A stretch of 64,000 nt of DNA from Camelus ferus (lineage: Eukaryota), in NCBI RefSeq assembly GCF_009834535.1, contig NC_045696.1:111788001-111852000 (forward strand). The letters are read 5' to 3'. The notes under the pieces were generated by a model. The model was not told the origin of the DNA, did not search any database, and saw nothing but the letters and a program-made list of their open reading frames with translations. Shown in pieces: positions 41,700-53,721 of this stretch; within the stretch, counting starts at the first letter, position 1, and each line of letters starts with the position of its first letter. Both the position numbers and the translations under genes were made by a program.

Positions 41700-42204
41700 T
41701 GCTATTTGTAATAACCAAGACGTGGAAGCAGCCTAAATGTCCATCAACGCTCACACAGTGGAATATTACTCAACCATAAAAAAATGAAATGTTGCCATTG
41801 GTAGCAACATGGATGGACCTATAGACTGTCAGAACAAGTGAAATAATGAGACAGGGAAAGACAAATATTATATGATCTCACTTATATGTGGAATCTAAAA
41901 AATAGTACCAATGAACCTATTTACAAAACAGAAACAGACTCACAGACATAGAAAACAAACTTACGATTACCACAGGGGAGGGAGATAGATTAGGAGTAGG
42001 GGATTAACAGATACACACTACTGTATATAAAATAATAAAGCAACAAGGATATATATTTACCATATAGCATAGAGATATATTCAGTATCTTATAATAACCT
42101 AGAGTGGAAAATAATCTGAAAAAAATATATATAACTGAATCACTTTGCTGCACACCTGAAATTAACACAACATTGTAAATCAACTGTACTTCAATTTAAA
42201 AAAA
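41700..42204 (+). mobile_element. Younger L1 3' end nested in an older antisense L1M fragment (about 41240-42540)
   Basis: ORF2-end/3'UTR motifs (GGAAGCAGCCTAAATGTCCATCAAC, ACATGGATGGACCTA, TGTAAATCAACTGTACTTCAAT + polyA); host L1 sequence resumes after it. Confidence 0.82.
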
Positions 42205-44100
42205 TTGTGCTGCTGTAAACATTCACAGACGTGTTTTCAGTGAATGTGTGCATGCGTTTCAGGTAGGTGCATACCTAGGTGCAGAACAGCTGGGTCGTGG
42301 AGTATGAGGACGTTCAGATGCTGCCAAACAGTTTTCGAAAGTGGCTGTGCCAGTTTACACTCTTAGCAGCAGCAAATGAGATTTTTCTACATCTTTGCCT
42401 ATGATCTTTTTCTTGTTAGCATATCTAGTGGTATATAGTATTATTATATGGTGGTTTTTAATTTGCATTTTGGTGCTGACTAATGATGTTGAATGTTTAT
42501 TCTTTAAACTTTTGGATATCCTGTGTTGTGAAGTCCTGTTCAATTCTGTGAAAACTTGATGAAATGCAGTGGGATAAATAATAGAATCTGTGTAATGCAG
42601 CTGAACAAAATGTTTATTTTTTATTATATACTTGCATACATCTGGTTTTGGCTAGAAATTGTTGATGTGAGTATTATTACATAGTCAAACTTATTTTAAG
42701 ATATTATCATTTGATTAATCCCCTGAAATTAAATAATGCACAATGAAAGTGTAATTTCTAGAGTTAGAGGCTAGCTGAAAAGCACTGTGCTCTGTGATGG
42801 GCGTTAAAGACGTGCAGTAGACTGTCCTTTGCCCTTAGGAAGCTTAAAGTTGACTCACTAAAAAGCATTTAATATAAATGTCTAAAGATATATAATGAAA
42901 AGTGCTTGAGAAGAAAATAATCCATCACAGTAGCAATATCAAAGGGTTCCAAAGTTTTGTTTTTCTTAATTTGTGACAACTAATTTCTCTAATAAAGAAA
43001 TATGTCCCTAAGGGGTGAGTTATCCCTAATAAACTATATTTGCTTTTTAATTTATCCCATCATCTTTAGCTGGCAGTTCGAAGTATTGGTTGAACCATAG
43101 AATTATAAGGTCTAAATTCAAAAATATTTCAGATCACTGCTGATGCAGTGCAAGTTACAAGTATAAATCTAAATGAAGCCAATTTAAAAGAGCTACTGTA
43201 ATTCACAGCTGTGTTCAATTTAAAACATGGGTATTTAGGTCTTCGTTTCTTTTTCTTTTTATGGATGGGTGTGCTTCCTCTTGCGTAGCATATAAATTGA
43301 TTAAACTTTAAAAATATGAACTGGGTCATGTGCTGCCCAGATTGTTTTCGCTTTTGAAAATTTCTAAAATTTCTCAATTACTGGAGACCATATGAGGACC
43401 ATGGATTTAAAAAATGATTCTTGTCTTTAGAATTAGATGTTCGTTTTAAAAGTATATTGAAAAATATCAGTCCTAAAAATTTAGGGAACTATACCTTGAA
43501 ATCAATCGGAAAAAAAGGAAATACTGGTGATATCATTTTCATAAAAAAAAAGTTTTATCCTAATGTTAGTGTTTAAAGAATTCATGAAAGACTAAGTTTA
43601 TAAATGATACGTTCAGTAACACTTATTTTTCTTTTCTCTTTAGTAATCAGTTAATTTTGGTAAAAATAGTAGATAATGCTACCTTAAAATTTTAATTCCA
43701 TTTAGTTATTGTCAATGCTCTGAAATATCTTTGCTAAAGAAGAGAAAAAAATGAACTGGGAAGTATTGTTCTATGCTTGTTTTAAAGTGCAGTTTACTAA
43801 TTCATAGTGATAAAGTCACTCTCTAAAAATGATAGACTGCTTTTTTCTGACCTTATCTGTTCGGCAGTAATAATCACGGGCTCTACTAGGGATTGTCGTT
43901 TTGTTTATACATTTGTAAATACTCTTCTCTTTCCAGCTCTAAGATGTTTTATAGTCTACTTAGTGATCCTTGTACATTTGAGATTTCTATATTGTTTAAT
44001 ACCTACTACCCAATGTTTAACAAAAAAAAAAGCATCATCTATTACCTTGATTGATTACTAAACTGATTAGTAAAAAGCAAGACGTTGACACAGACTAGAG

Positions 44101-44295
44101 CAGTAGTTCTCAACGGTGGATGATTTTGCCCTCCAGGAGACATTTGGCAACGTCTGGGGACATTGTGGGAGTCACTACTGAGAGGGGCGGTACCACTGGC
44201 ATCTAGTGGGTCAGCGCTGCCAAGCAGCCCGCAATGCACAGGGCCCCCCCACCAGGTGGAACGGCCTGACCCGCAGTGCTGCTGTGCTCATGTCC
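44101..44295 (+). mobile_element. MER20 hAT-Charlie
   Basis: CAGTAGTTCTCAAC...GATTTTGCCCCTCCAGGAGACATTTGGCAACGTCTGG...ACTGGCATCTAGTGGG. Confidence 0.85.
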
Positions 44296-45236
44296 AGAGG
44301 GGCGGGAACGTTGTGTCGGGCACGTGAAGACACAGGATAGATACATCGTCTTTCTCAAACTCTAGAGCCACTCAGTGATTTCAGGGGACTATTTACATTA
44401 AAATAAATGTTGATTTATTTTGTAGTAGAATACAAAATTTGCCTGGAATTTTAAGGTAAAACATGAGCTTTTGTAGCAGTTTCAGACGTGCTGAAGATTG
44501 TGTCCAGCTGTCCCTTCCAGGCACTCTCCTACCTTTAACTGTCAGGAAAGGACACTGATGAAGTGGCCTTAGGCTGAGGCCTGAAGGATGAGAAAGAATC
44601 AAGTATATGAAAAGTAGAAAGAATGGCATTCCAGACAGAGGGAACAGCTTGTGCCAAGGCCCTGAGGCAGGAAGGAGCTGACCCTTGTAAGGCACTGAGG
44701 GAAAAGTAGCATGGTGGGAGCACAGAGACAGGAGAGGTCTGGCTGGAGAAGGAGGCAGGGGACGAGCCTTTCAGGGCCCTGTGAGCCTTGGTAGAGGTTT
44801 GGAGCTTCGGTACAGTGGGAAGTCAGCAGAGCGAGTTAAGCAAGAAAGTGATGTATCCCAGTTTACATTTTTTAAGTCACTTTCATTGCTCTGTGGAGAG
44901 GTTAAGCCTTGAAAGTGGAGAGTGAGCTTTTGGAGACAACGGCAGTAGTCCAGTTAAAAGATGGTGGTGGTGTAGGAATGAATTCACGCTGACACTAAGT
45001 CACAAAAGTGTAAGCCAGAGCTACAGTTTACATCTCTTGTTTTCTGCTGAGTGGTGTTTGATGCTGTGTCAGCATCATACTGATCATATTTAACCTATAA
45101 AATATTTTCCAGAGTTTCCAGTGGCACCGATTTTTCATTTTGAAGTTGAAGGAATCTCTTAACTATTATACATAGTGGTGCCTCTATGTATCTGTTTTCC
45201 ATTACATTAAAAAACTAATTCTGCTTTCTTTTTAAG

Positions 45237-45422
45237 AGTAAAGAAATCGTGTTCATCCCCTCTGAAAATGAGAAGATTTCTAAACAGCTCCACCTTTGCT
45301 ATAATGTTGTAAAAAACTGTTACGTCCGAGTTTCAACTAATAACCAAACCATTTCTGGATGGGAGAATGGTGTGTGGAAAATGGAGTCCATATTCAGAAA
45401 AGTTGAAACAGACTGGAACATG
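45237..45422 (+). CDS. NGLY1: NGLY1 exon 10 ([25 protein letters not shown]...[11 protein letters not shown]), PAW domain
   Basis: Acceptor ctttctttttaag|AGT, donor ATG|gtaact; 186 nt. Confidence 0.96.
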
Positions 45423-48400
45423 GTAACTTAATGCATGGAACTGTTTCAAACCTTAGTCATTTTTTCAGACAAATATAGATTGGCTTCATTTTCCAGCCGT
45501 GCATAATGTGAAAACTGGTATTAGAATTATTTTTAGTAATCCTTAAACCTGGAGAAGAAAACTCTGCTCCCAACGTTTAATCAGAAGTCTATTAGAAATT
45601 TGTGTGTTTATATCAAGGAAGTATCCATTTTCATCAAAGAAGAATTTAATTCTTTCATGGGGAAAAATAATCAAGTGTATGACCAACTCATGTGACTGAT
45701 TTTCACGTGAGTATGTAGAGTGTATTTTTATCCAGTTCCTTCACAGATATGTATTGGTTGCCTGCTAAAGGCCGGCTGTTAGGGACTGCAGCAGATCTCG
45801 TCCACGGTCCCCGAGAGCTGAGCATCTGACATGCTTTCATTTCATAAGAATGTGGATGATCGAGCAGCAATACTGGTCATTTCTTCTCTGTGTTTTAAAA
45901 AATAAAGCAGAAATGGATGCTAGGAGTGTAGTAGTTCATTATAACAACTTGAATGTTACTGTCACATGTCATCTGTAACAAGTAAAGAGGCTTTGCTTTT
46001 AAACTGCCCTACCCCTTAGACGCACCAAAAGTAAGCTCAGAGCTTTTCGCATGACCGCAGGAGAGCCAACCATATTACTGATAGATTTCATTGGAGTGAA
46101 TGAACTTATAAGGAGCTTTAACTTGCTGAGTGAAGGGTGAGAAGGGAAGTTGTTCAGTTGTAAGACACTGAATAGATTTAAAAAGTGAGTCACAGATTAA
46201 CAGCTGCTGGTGCATATGAGAATCTACAGCATGGTTATCACTGTACCAGCCATTAATCAGTATAAAAGGCTTACAAAGGTGAGGTCCCTGTGGTTTTTTT
46301 TAATCATAGTGTTTTGTTCTAAACTTATTTTGACCATCTTTTTTGTAGTAAGCCAAGAATAATTTATAGGATTATTGAGATTGTAGATGTAGGTACTTTC
46401 TTCTTTAGTTAAAGAAGGGCATAAAGTGTAAAACAAGATAAATTTTAAAATTTCAAGATGTGTGTGTCTGTAATTGACTATGTGGTTGCTGAGAGAGAAT
46501 GAACTACTTCTGAAGACTATCGTTACCTTAAAAATTGCTCTGAAAAGAAAGCAGGACAGGATAGACATGGTATTTATCCAAGGACTAGTCTATGCTTGCT
46601 GAACTGGAGAAAAAGCACGCCTTCCTTCCAGCCCCAGTGCTGATGGAGAAACCAGCGATGTGCCTAGAAACAGGCCTCATCTGTGGCATGTTCTTCTGTG
46701 TCCTGTTGATGAGTTTGTTCATCTGCAAATGTGTACTGGGTGCGTGTTGCACCAGGCGCTGTTCTCAGCTGCGTGGATGAGAAGATGAAGATACAGTTTC
46801 TGCCCTCGCAGTCTAACAGGAGAAGCCGAAGCACGAAGAGCCGTCTGAACCGCGATGCAGGGAGCAGCAATGAGGAGATCGCACATTGCCATGGAAACAG
46901 CAGGAGGGAGTAATTAGACCTGGCTGTGGGAGCTGGGCAAGGCTCCAAGGAGCGGGCGACACTGGAGCGGGCGCTGAAAGCAGAGAGGGTGTTCGTGAGG
47001 CAGGGAGCAGCAGGCACGCAGCGTGGAGTCCGAGGCGTGCGTTGAGATCTTTAAATAGATCATCATAGATCATCGAGGCCAGAGAGGGTGTACCGTGTGG
47101 GAATTTACATAATGTAGACGAGATGTGAAGGCCATTAAATACAAAGCAACACCTACTTAAGTAAGTTTATGCCTACATACTTTTTTTTTAAAGCTGAATG
47201 AATATTTCCAGTTAAAATATTTTGTACTAAATGAAGAAAAATACTAGAATCATAACTACCCTTGCAGAGACTAGTGGATAACTCAGAAGTAGTATATTGC
47301 CATTAAATCTTGAATTTTTCACCTAAATCAGTATTTTTGGTTCTGTTCTAGCTTGTCCCCAGTTAGGGAGTCTCTAACTCCACTAAAGAGTAGAAGCGTA
47401 TTTCCACCACACCTTTCCTTAGTGATCTGCAGGCAGGAGTCGTGACAGATCGCATGAAGCCTGCCCTTAGGTGTTTAGAACGGGTTCGTACCCCCTCAAA
47501 GAGGCAGCCTCCCAGCAGCACAGACACTCACTGCATTTTGCTACTTAGCAAATGTGCTGTTCAGTGATGTCTGGACTTGAACATAAAAAGCTAAGAAGAC
47601 CAGACTACTTTTTAGGAGGAAGGTGATAACATCTTGGTAAAGTGATGTTAATAGCTTCCTATCCAGTCTCCCTGCATCGCCCTGGTCCCTTCAGAGATGT
47701 TCTCCGTGCTGTGGCCAGAAGAACATTCTCAAGACCCCATCTGCTCCTGAGTGCTCTCAGTGAGGAGCCGCTCCAGGCTCTCGGGGTCCGCCCTTGCTGC
47801 CGCCTCGCCCTCGCCTTGCACCAGGCTCCCCCTGCTCGCCACGTTGCAGCTGTCCTGCCCTGCCCCCCTCTCCACAGAACCTCTTTTCTTTCCTTTTGGT
47901 TAGAGTTGTTCCTAGAACTTAGCATAAGCCTCATTCCCTCCGGTCCAGCCACCCAGGTCCTTTTTCCCCTAATCGACTCATTGTGTCATGTACTCTCCAT
48001 ATGACGTTTATTCTATGAATACATGTGAGAATAGCTTGTTTATACTGTCTCCTTCTAGACTGTAAACACTTCCCGGGCTTCTCCTGCGCACTCTTGTACT
48101 CTCGGTATTCATAGATCTAGCGTAGTGCCTGGTACGGTGAACGTTTAGTAAAGCTTGGCGGATATGAGAAAGCGGTTGAGCATTTATGGCATACATTCTG
48201 CACCCGCCGGGGGCTACGTCGCGCACCATGGATACTCTCTTCTTGCAGACTGTGTCCCTTGGGTGTTCTTAGATGCTCAGCATTTTTGAGCAGTTCCATC
48301 ATTCTCTTTGTCACTGGAGTCATTTTAGCACCTTTAGGTGTATGGCATTACATACACAACTGAGTCACTCAGTCATTCAGCAAATGAGCGCGTTGTCGGA

Positions 48401-51400
48401 CGCTGTGCTCCGCACTTAGGACGTCTTGGTGAGTTAAGAGGCAAGCCCAAGGTGAGCACAGACTTGTGTAGGAGGAAGACACGTGGACCAGCTGTTCAGA
48501 TCAGTGGGGTGGGCACTGGGAGAATATGGGTGTGTGTGAGACAGAGTATGAGCCACTGCCTTGAGCCAGGCCTTGCAGAAGACGTAATATCTGAGTGCAC
48601 TTTTAGAGGAGAGAGTTTCTCAGTGTGGGGACAGGATGTGGAAGGGGTGGGTGTTCTGGGGTGTGAGAAATAGTGTGTGCAGAAGTACCGACGTGAGAAA
48701 CATCTGGCACATTTGGAGAAGAGGAAGTCGGAGGGAATATGGGGAGAATACTGGGAAGCTGACTAGAGAGGTGAGCAGGTGTCAGGCCTTGCAGTTACAC
48801 ACTAGGAGACATGCAGGAGTTCGGGCAAGGGAAGGACGTGATCACGCTGGCGATCCAGAGGTGGCTCCGGGGCCTGCAGGCATGTTAATAAGATTAAGTG
48901 CAGTGGGAACTGATCGTGTTCACATTGGACCTCAGTGAAGAAAATTGGAATAACCGAAAATAAGATTCATGAGCAACACAGTTCGCCAGCATTGGATTAA
49001 AATTTCCTGAAATCCAGCTACCCTGCTGGGTGTCTGTAGGAGGGACTGACTGCATGGTGTCTGCTGTGTGGTGGACTTCATTAGAGTTCATCTTAGCAGC
49101 CTCAGCGGAATGAGAATTTTAAGCGCATACTGACGAACAACTTCAAACAGTGCAGTACAAACTGAACCTCCAGGAAATCAAAGCAGCGGACTGACCAGCC
49201 TGGCAGGTAGTAATCAGAAAATCTTTATGTGAACATCTTCCCGAGAATGTGAAATACAGAAAGAAGCTGACCTGCGGATTGTTCTCAACCTTGAAAATAG
49301 TGGTCACAGCCACAGCCCTGTATCACCTGTGTACATTGTGGAGCAGGATAACTTAGATCTGAAACCAGAGGCGCGCTGGTCTTCTTCCCAGCCACAGGCT
49401 GAGATGTGCCTTTATGTCCTGACAGAGGCCACCAAGGGGCAGGGTGGATCCCTGAGCTGGGGGCTGGTACTGCTGTATAGATCTCTGTCTGTAGGAGAGA
49501 AACCATGCCTTGCGATTGACTACCACTGCTAACGTAGGGTAATGACACTCATCCCTTAGCGGTCCCACCAATTCGGAACCGAGCATGTAGAGCTGCACAC
49601 AGTAACTGACACCTGTGAATTTAACAAGCCAACAGGCAAACATCGGTCTAAGGTAAATCAAGGAGTTAGGGACAACCAGTTACCAAAATGCTTTTTCCCC
49701 CTTTAAACCAAACAGTTGACTATTTGAGAAGTTTATAAAGGTTTTTTTTCTCCTAAACAAATTATAATTACTGGTTCCATTGCTTTTACACCTAGACAGG
49801 ACCACAATTGGAGGTTTATGTAAATCCTGTTGTTTTGGTACATTTCAAATTACCAAACTGAGTATATAGTTGTTTTTGGTAACATTCTACCATCTCTAAA
49901 AATGCTGAGTTAAATAAGTTGGTTAAGATGCTACAGACAGAATATATTGTATCAAAAAGATGACATGAATTTCCAGTATTAATAGGGTCTGATTTATCTC
50001 CATATGCTGTTTCTTTAGTCTAAGAGAACCTTTATTTGCTCCTAATATGTTTGAAAATTTATTTAAGCATTTAAGAATTCAGTGATGAATTCCATCTTAT
50101 CCTTTAACTTCTTAAGAGTTGTAAAAACCTGATGCCTTTAGGGCTGAAAAATGTTAAGTCTTAGAAAAAGCAATTCTCAGACATGTTCAACAGCTATCAT
50201 AAACCTCTGACAGTTAAAAACAATTCTGGACCAGACTCACCTGATACAATTGAAGCAATTCTTGGGGTAAGCTAGAAATGGGAAGTTAACCTGACTTCAG
50301 CCTATCATATATTATATGCCTACACTTTGAGAGGGGCCATTTGAAGCTACTGAGCTCTGAAAACACACAAGCGTAGAGGTAGATATTGAGGCATAAATTT
50401 AAGTATGTTTAATTCTTAAGATTACCTCCCCCAGTCTTTTAGTTTCTTCCAACCACCTTTCTTCCAGTAACCTCTATGTTTGGCTCATCTGTTCCAGATG
50501 ACTCCCTTTACTAAACACTCCTTCGGAGGAGTAATTAAGTTATAGATAGTCCCAGGTGCCCAGTAGTTTCGCATGGGTGAACCTGACAGCTCCTGGGGAG
50601 CAGGGTGCAGCCCTGAGCCCAGGCTCTCCTTAAACATAGCTGTAAGGGGAGCATGCGGTGGGGACACGCGTCAGAGGTGCCGGAGTGAGATTGGACGTGA
50701 GCAAGCACTCAGCAGTAGCACACATCGAGGTTTGCTGTGCAGAACAACAGTAGACCTGTATACACATCTAGTCTAAGGACTTTTAAGTCATTTTCCTTGG
50801 AGAGTGATTGTTTAATGGTTTATTATCTCCAGCTTACTGATTCTAAAAACTCAAATCAGCTGACGTATTTAACCTGGAAGAAAACTAGCTGTAGGTTGCT
50901 GAATAGAATATCAATAGAATGCGAGCAGTAATTGACTTTTTCTTTGGTGACTGAACACTAGAATAGTATGAGTAGATTGTTTCCATGGTGAATGTGTTTC
51001 ATGTACTTCCAGTTATTTCCCCCTGAGAAGTAGATTAGGTGTTTCTGAACGGGTGTATGTATGTGTGTGCATGAGCGCACATGTGCAAATTTCTAGTGCT
51101 TAAATACTGTTTATTAGATCCCATGAATCCAGAACTATGAATCCAGTTTCCCCGGAGAGTTTGTGATTTGGTTAAGTTAGATAATATAAGCACACCTGAA
51201 ATAAAATAGTTACGCATTTGGGTAAAGGAATACTGGCAGTTGAAGGTGGGATGAAATTGTGGAGGACCATGAAAGCTAATAGTTTGTGTTTAATGCATGA
51301 GGCAGGTACTTGCTGTATGTTCTGGACCAAGCAAATTATATGAAGGAAGTGGGATTTTAGAAGCATTAGACAGTTATAGAAAGAGGAGTGTAAAGTCTTG

Positions 51401-52243
51401 CCTGTGGTGATAAGCGCAGTCTAAATGAGGAAAGGTTCCCCCCCAAGACTTCTTTCAAAGAAATGCATGGATTATTGTGGGAGTTTGGGCATTAGGGATA
51501 AATGATGAGACAGTCAGGTTCTTAGGGGTTTGAGCCTGGGTGAGTGGAATTGCCTGTACAAGACCAAGGCCATGGATGTCAGTTTCCATGTCAGTGTTTG
51601 AAGAGTGTCGATTAAACTGTGAGAGAAGATGGGCTGGAGGCAGCCAGTAAACCCGGGTGCCTTAAACAGTACATTTGAAGCGGTCAGGGCATTGATGATG
51701 AAGGCATGGGAGCTTACTCTTCAGAGGGGCAAGCGGGGGCCTGGGTATTACCTTTTAAAGCATTACTGTTGCTTAGCAGTGACTGAGGTACCAACATGGT
51801 GTAGAGGATATGGCCCATCTCATTCGAGGAAAGCTTACCTTAAAAATCCAGACTTAGAAAAGAAGACAAATCAAGGAATAACTAACTGCATTTAAAAGGA
51901 CTCTTCATTTTCAGCAGGATTCATTATGAAGTTCATTTTAAATAGCTGGACTTATTAATTGAAAAGACAGTGTGATTTACCAGAACCTGGGCAGCATGGA
52001 GCCTCAGAGCGATACTTACTGAGGCCCTCACATTCAAATAATTTCTTTCATTTGTAGCAAAAGATGCTATAGGAAAAATTGCTAATAAAATGAAAAGATG
52101 TTAGAAGTAAAAATCTTTTCAGTGGGAAAAATCAGATTTTTAATAACTGTGAGTAGTACCTGTGACAATGAGACTTTGACTGGATGTGTTTTCTGCACAG
52201 CCTCATTATTTCTGACAGTTCCTTTTTTCTCTCAACTCTGTAG

Positions 52244-52421
52244 GTGTATTTAACCCGAAAGGAAGGATCGTCTTATGCTTACATTTCCTGGAAGTTTGAA
52301 TGTGGGTCAGTCGGCCTAAAAGTAGATGACATTTCCATTAGGACAAGTAGTCAGACCTTTGAGACTGGAACAGTGCAGTGGAAATTGCGATCCGATACAG
52401 TGCAAGTACAGCTGACAGGTG
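52244..52421 (+). CDS. NGLY1: NGLY1 exon 11 ([21 protein letters not shown]...VQVQLTG), PAW domain
   Basis: Acceptor ctctgtag|GTG, donor GTG|gtaagc; 178 nt. Confidence 0.97.
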
Positions 52422-52800
52422 GTAAGCATTTGACTGGAGAATTAATTGTGACGTGTGTATTTAACACTCTGAAGAGTAATTGTACTTATTTGATATGTAG
52501 TTAAGAGTTTTTCTTACCCTAGAGTTCATACTGTTACAGTTAAAAAAAAAACTGTTTAAATTAAAACCCATATAACCTCATTGTAATAGAATGGCTTAAC
52601 GTTTTTTTACTATGGAACACAAATGGAAGGAGAAAACTCATTTCTTTTTCAAAGGGCACATTTCCTCCATAAAGAATAATTTTTATTTATTTTCTAAGGG
52701 TTGATTTTTTTACCTATAAGGCAGATATATAAAATGCATCCCAGAACTCTCTCTTTATGTTCTTACCAAAAGCAAAGTGTCATTTTTCTTCCTCTAACAG

Positions 52801-52976
52801 ATAAAACTCTTCGCTCCTATGGTGATTTTTCCAGTGCCACTGAAGTTATTTTGGAAGCAGAATTAAGCAGAGGAGATGGTGTGGTTGCTTGGCAACACAC
52901 CCAGCTGTTTAGACAAAGCTTAAACGACCATGAAGAAAATTGTTTAGAGATAATTATAAAATTCAGTGACCTTTGA
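52801..52976 (+). CDS. NGLY1: NGLY1 last coding exon 12 ([58 protein letters not shown])
   Basis: Acceptor cctctaacag|, TGA at 52974-52976; [10 protein letters not shown] motif; exons sum to 1965 nt = 654 aa + stop. Confidence 0.97.
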
Positions 52977-53406
52977 GAACCTGACCATTATAGAAAAGCT
53001 GGCCATAATCAAGGACTTAGCGTGTTCTAAAGTAGTCTGTCAGTCCCGTGCATGCTTAACTGTCAGTTTGCTGCCCTCTGCTAGCATATTTCCTTGTTGG
53101 CTATCCATCATGTAACCCTCATGAAAATATATCTTTATACTATGGACAATAATGAAACCTCGAATTAAAAACTCCCTTACATATGTGACTATAATTTGGA
53201 GTAAAGTCTTACTGCCCAACTATGAGATTTTCATCTGAAAATTGTTAAGTGTATGATTTTAAAAGTAAAATGAAGGTGTTCGTGATTAAATGCTATTCAT
53301 GATTATGAAGAAATCTTAAGCTGCTAATAGTAATTTGACAGTCTCTGATCAGCCATTAATTTCTTCAAAAGTAATTGAACTACATTTCCTAAGATTTTTA
53401 ATTTTT

Positions 53407-53721
53407 AATAAATGTGAAAGTAGAGTATCTCATAAGTTACAATGCATGAAAATTTTTATGATTGTAAATACATAGTCATTTAAGAAATAAAATGAATTAT
53501 TTTGCGTTACATCTTCTTAGTGGTTACTTTGGCTAAATAAAAATCTTTAATAAGTATGTTAAACATTGAAAACTGCTTGAATAGACAAGAGTTATGAAGA
53601 TATTTAACAGTGACTGCATAAATTCAAAAATACATTATAAATCTGTAATCTGTGGACACTTCAGAAAATGCTTTACTTTTGAGTTTACTTTTGAGTACTT
53701 TTATCTACCTCATTGAATAAA
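53407..53721 (+). terminator. NGLY1: Candidate NGLY1 polyadenylation signals (AATAAA at 53407, 53486, 53536, 53716)
   Basis: Four canonical hexamers 430-740 nt after the stop codon in an AT-rich 3'UTR; the one actually used cannot be determined from sequence. Confidence 0.7.

Noticed and set aside
49429..49442. CCACCAAGGGGCAG as a CTCF site
   Set aside because: Mismatch at the highly conserved AG core position
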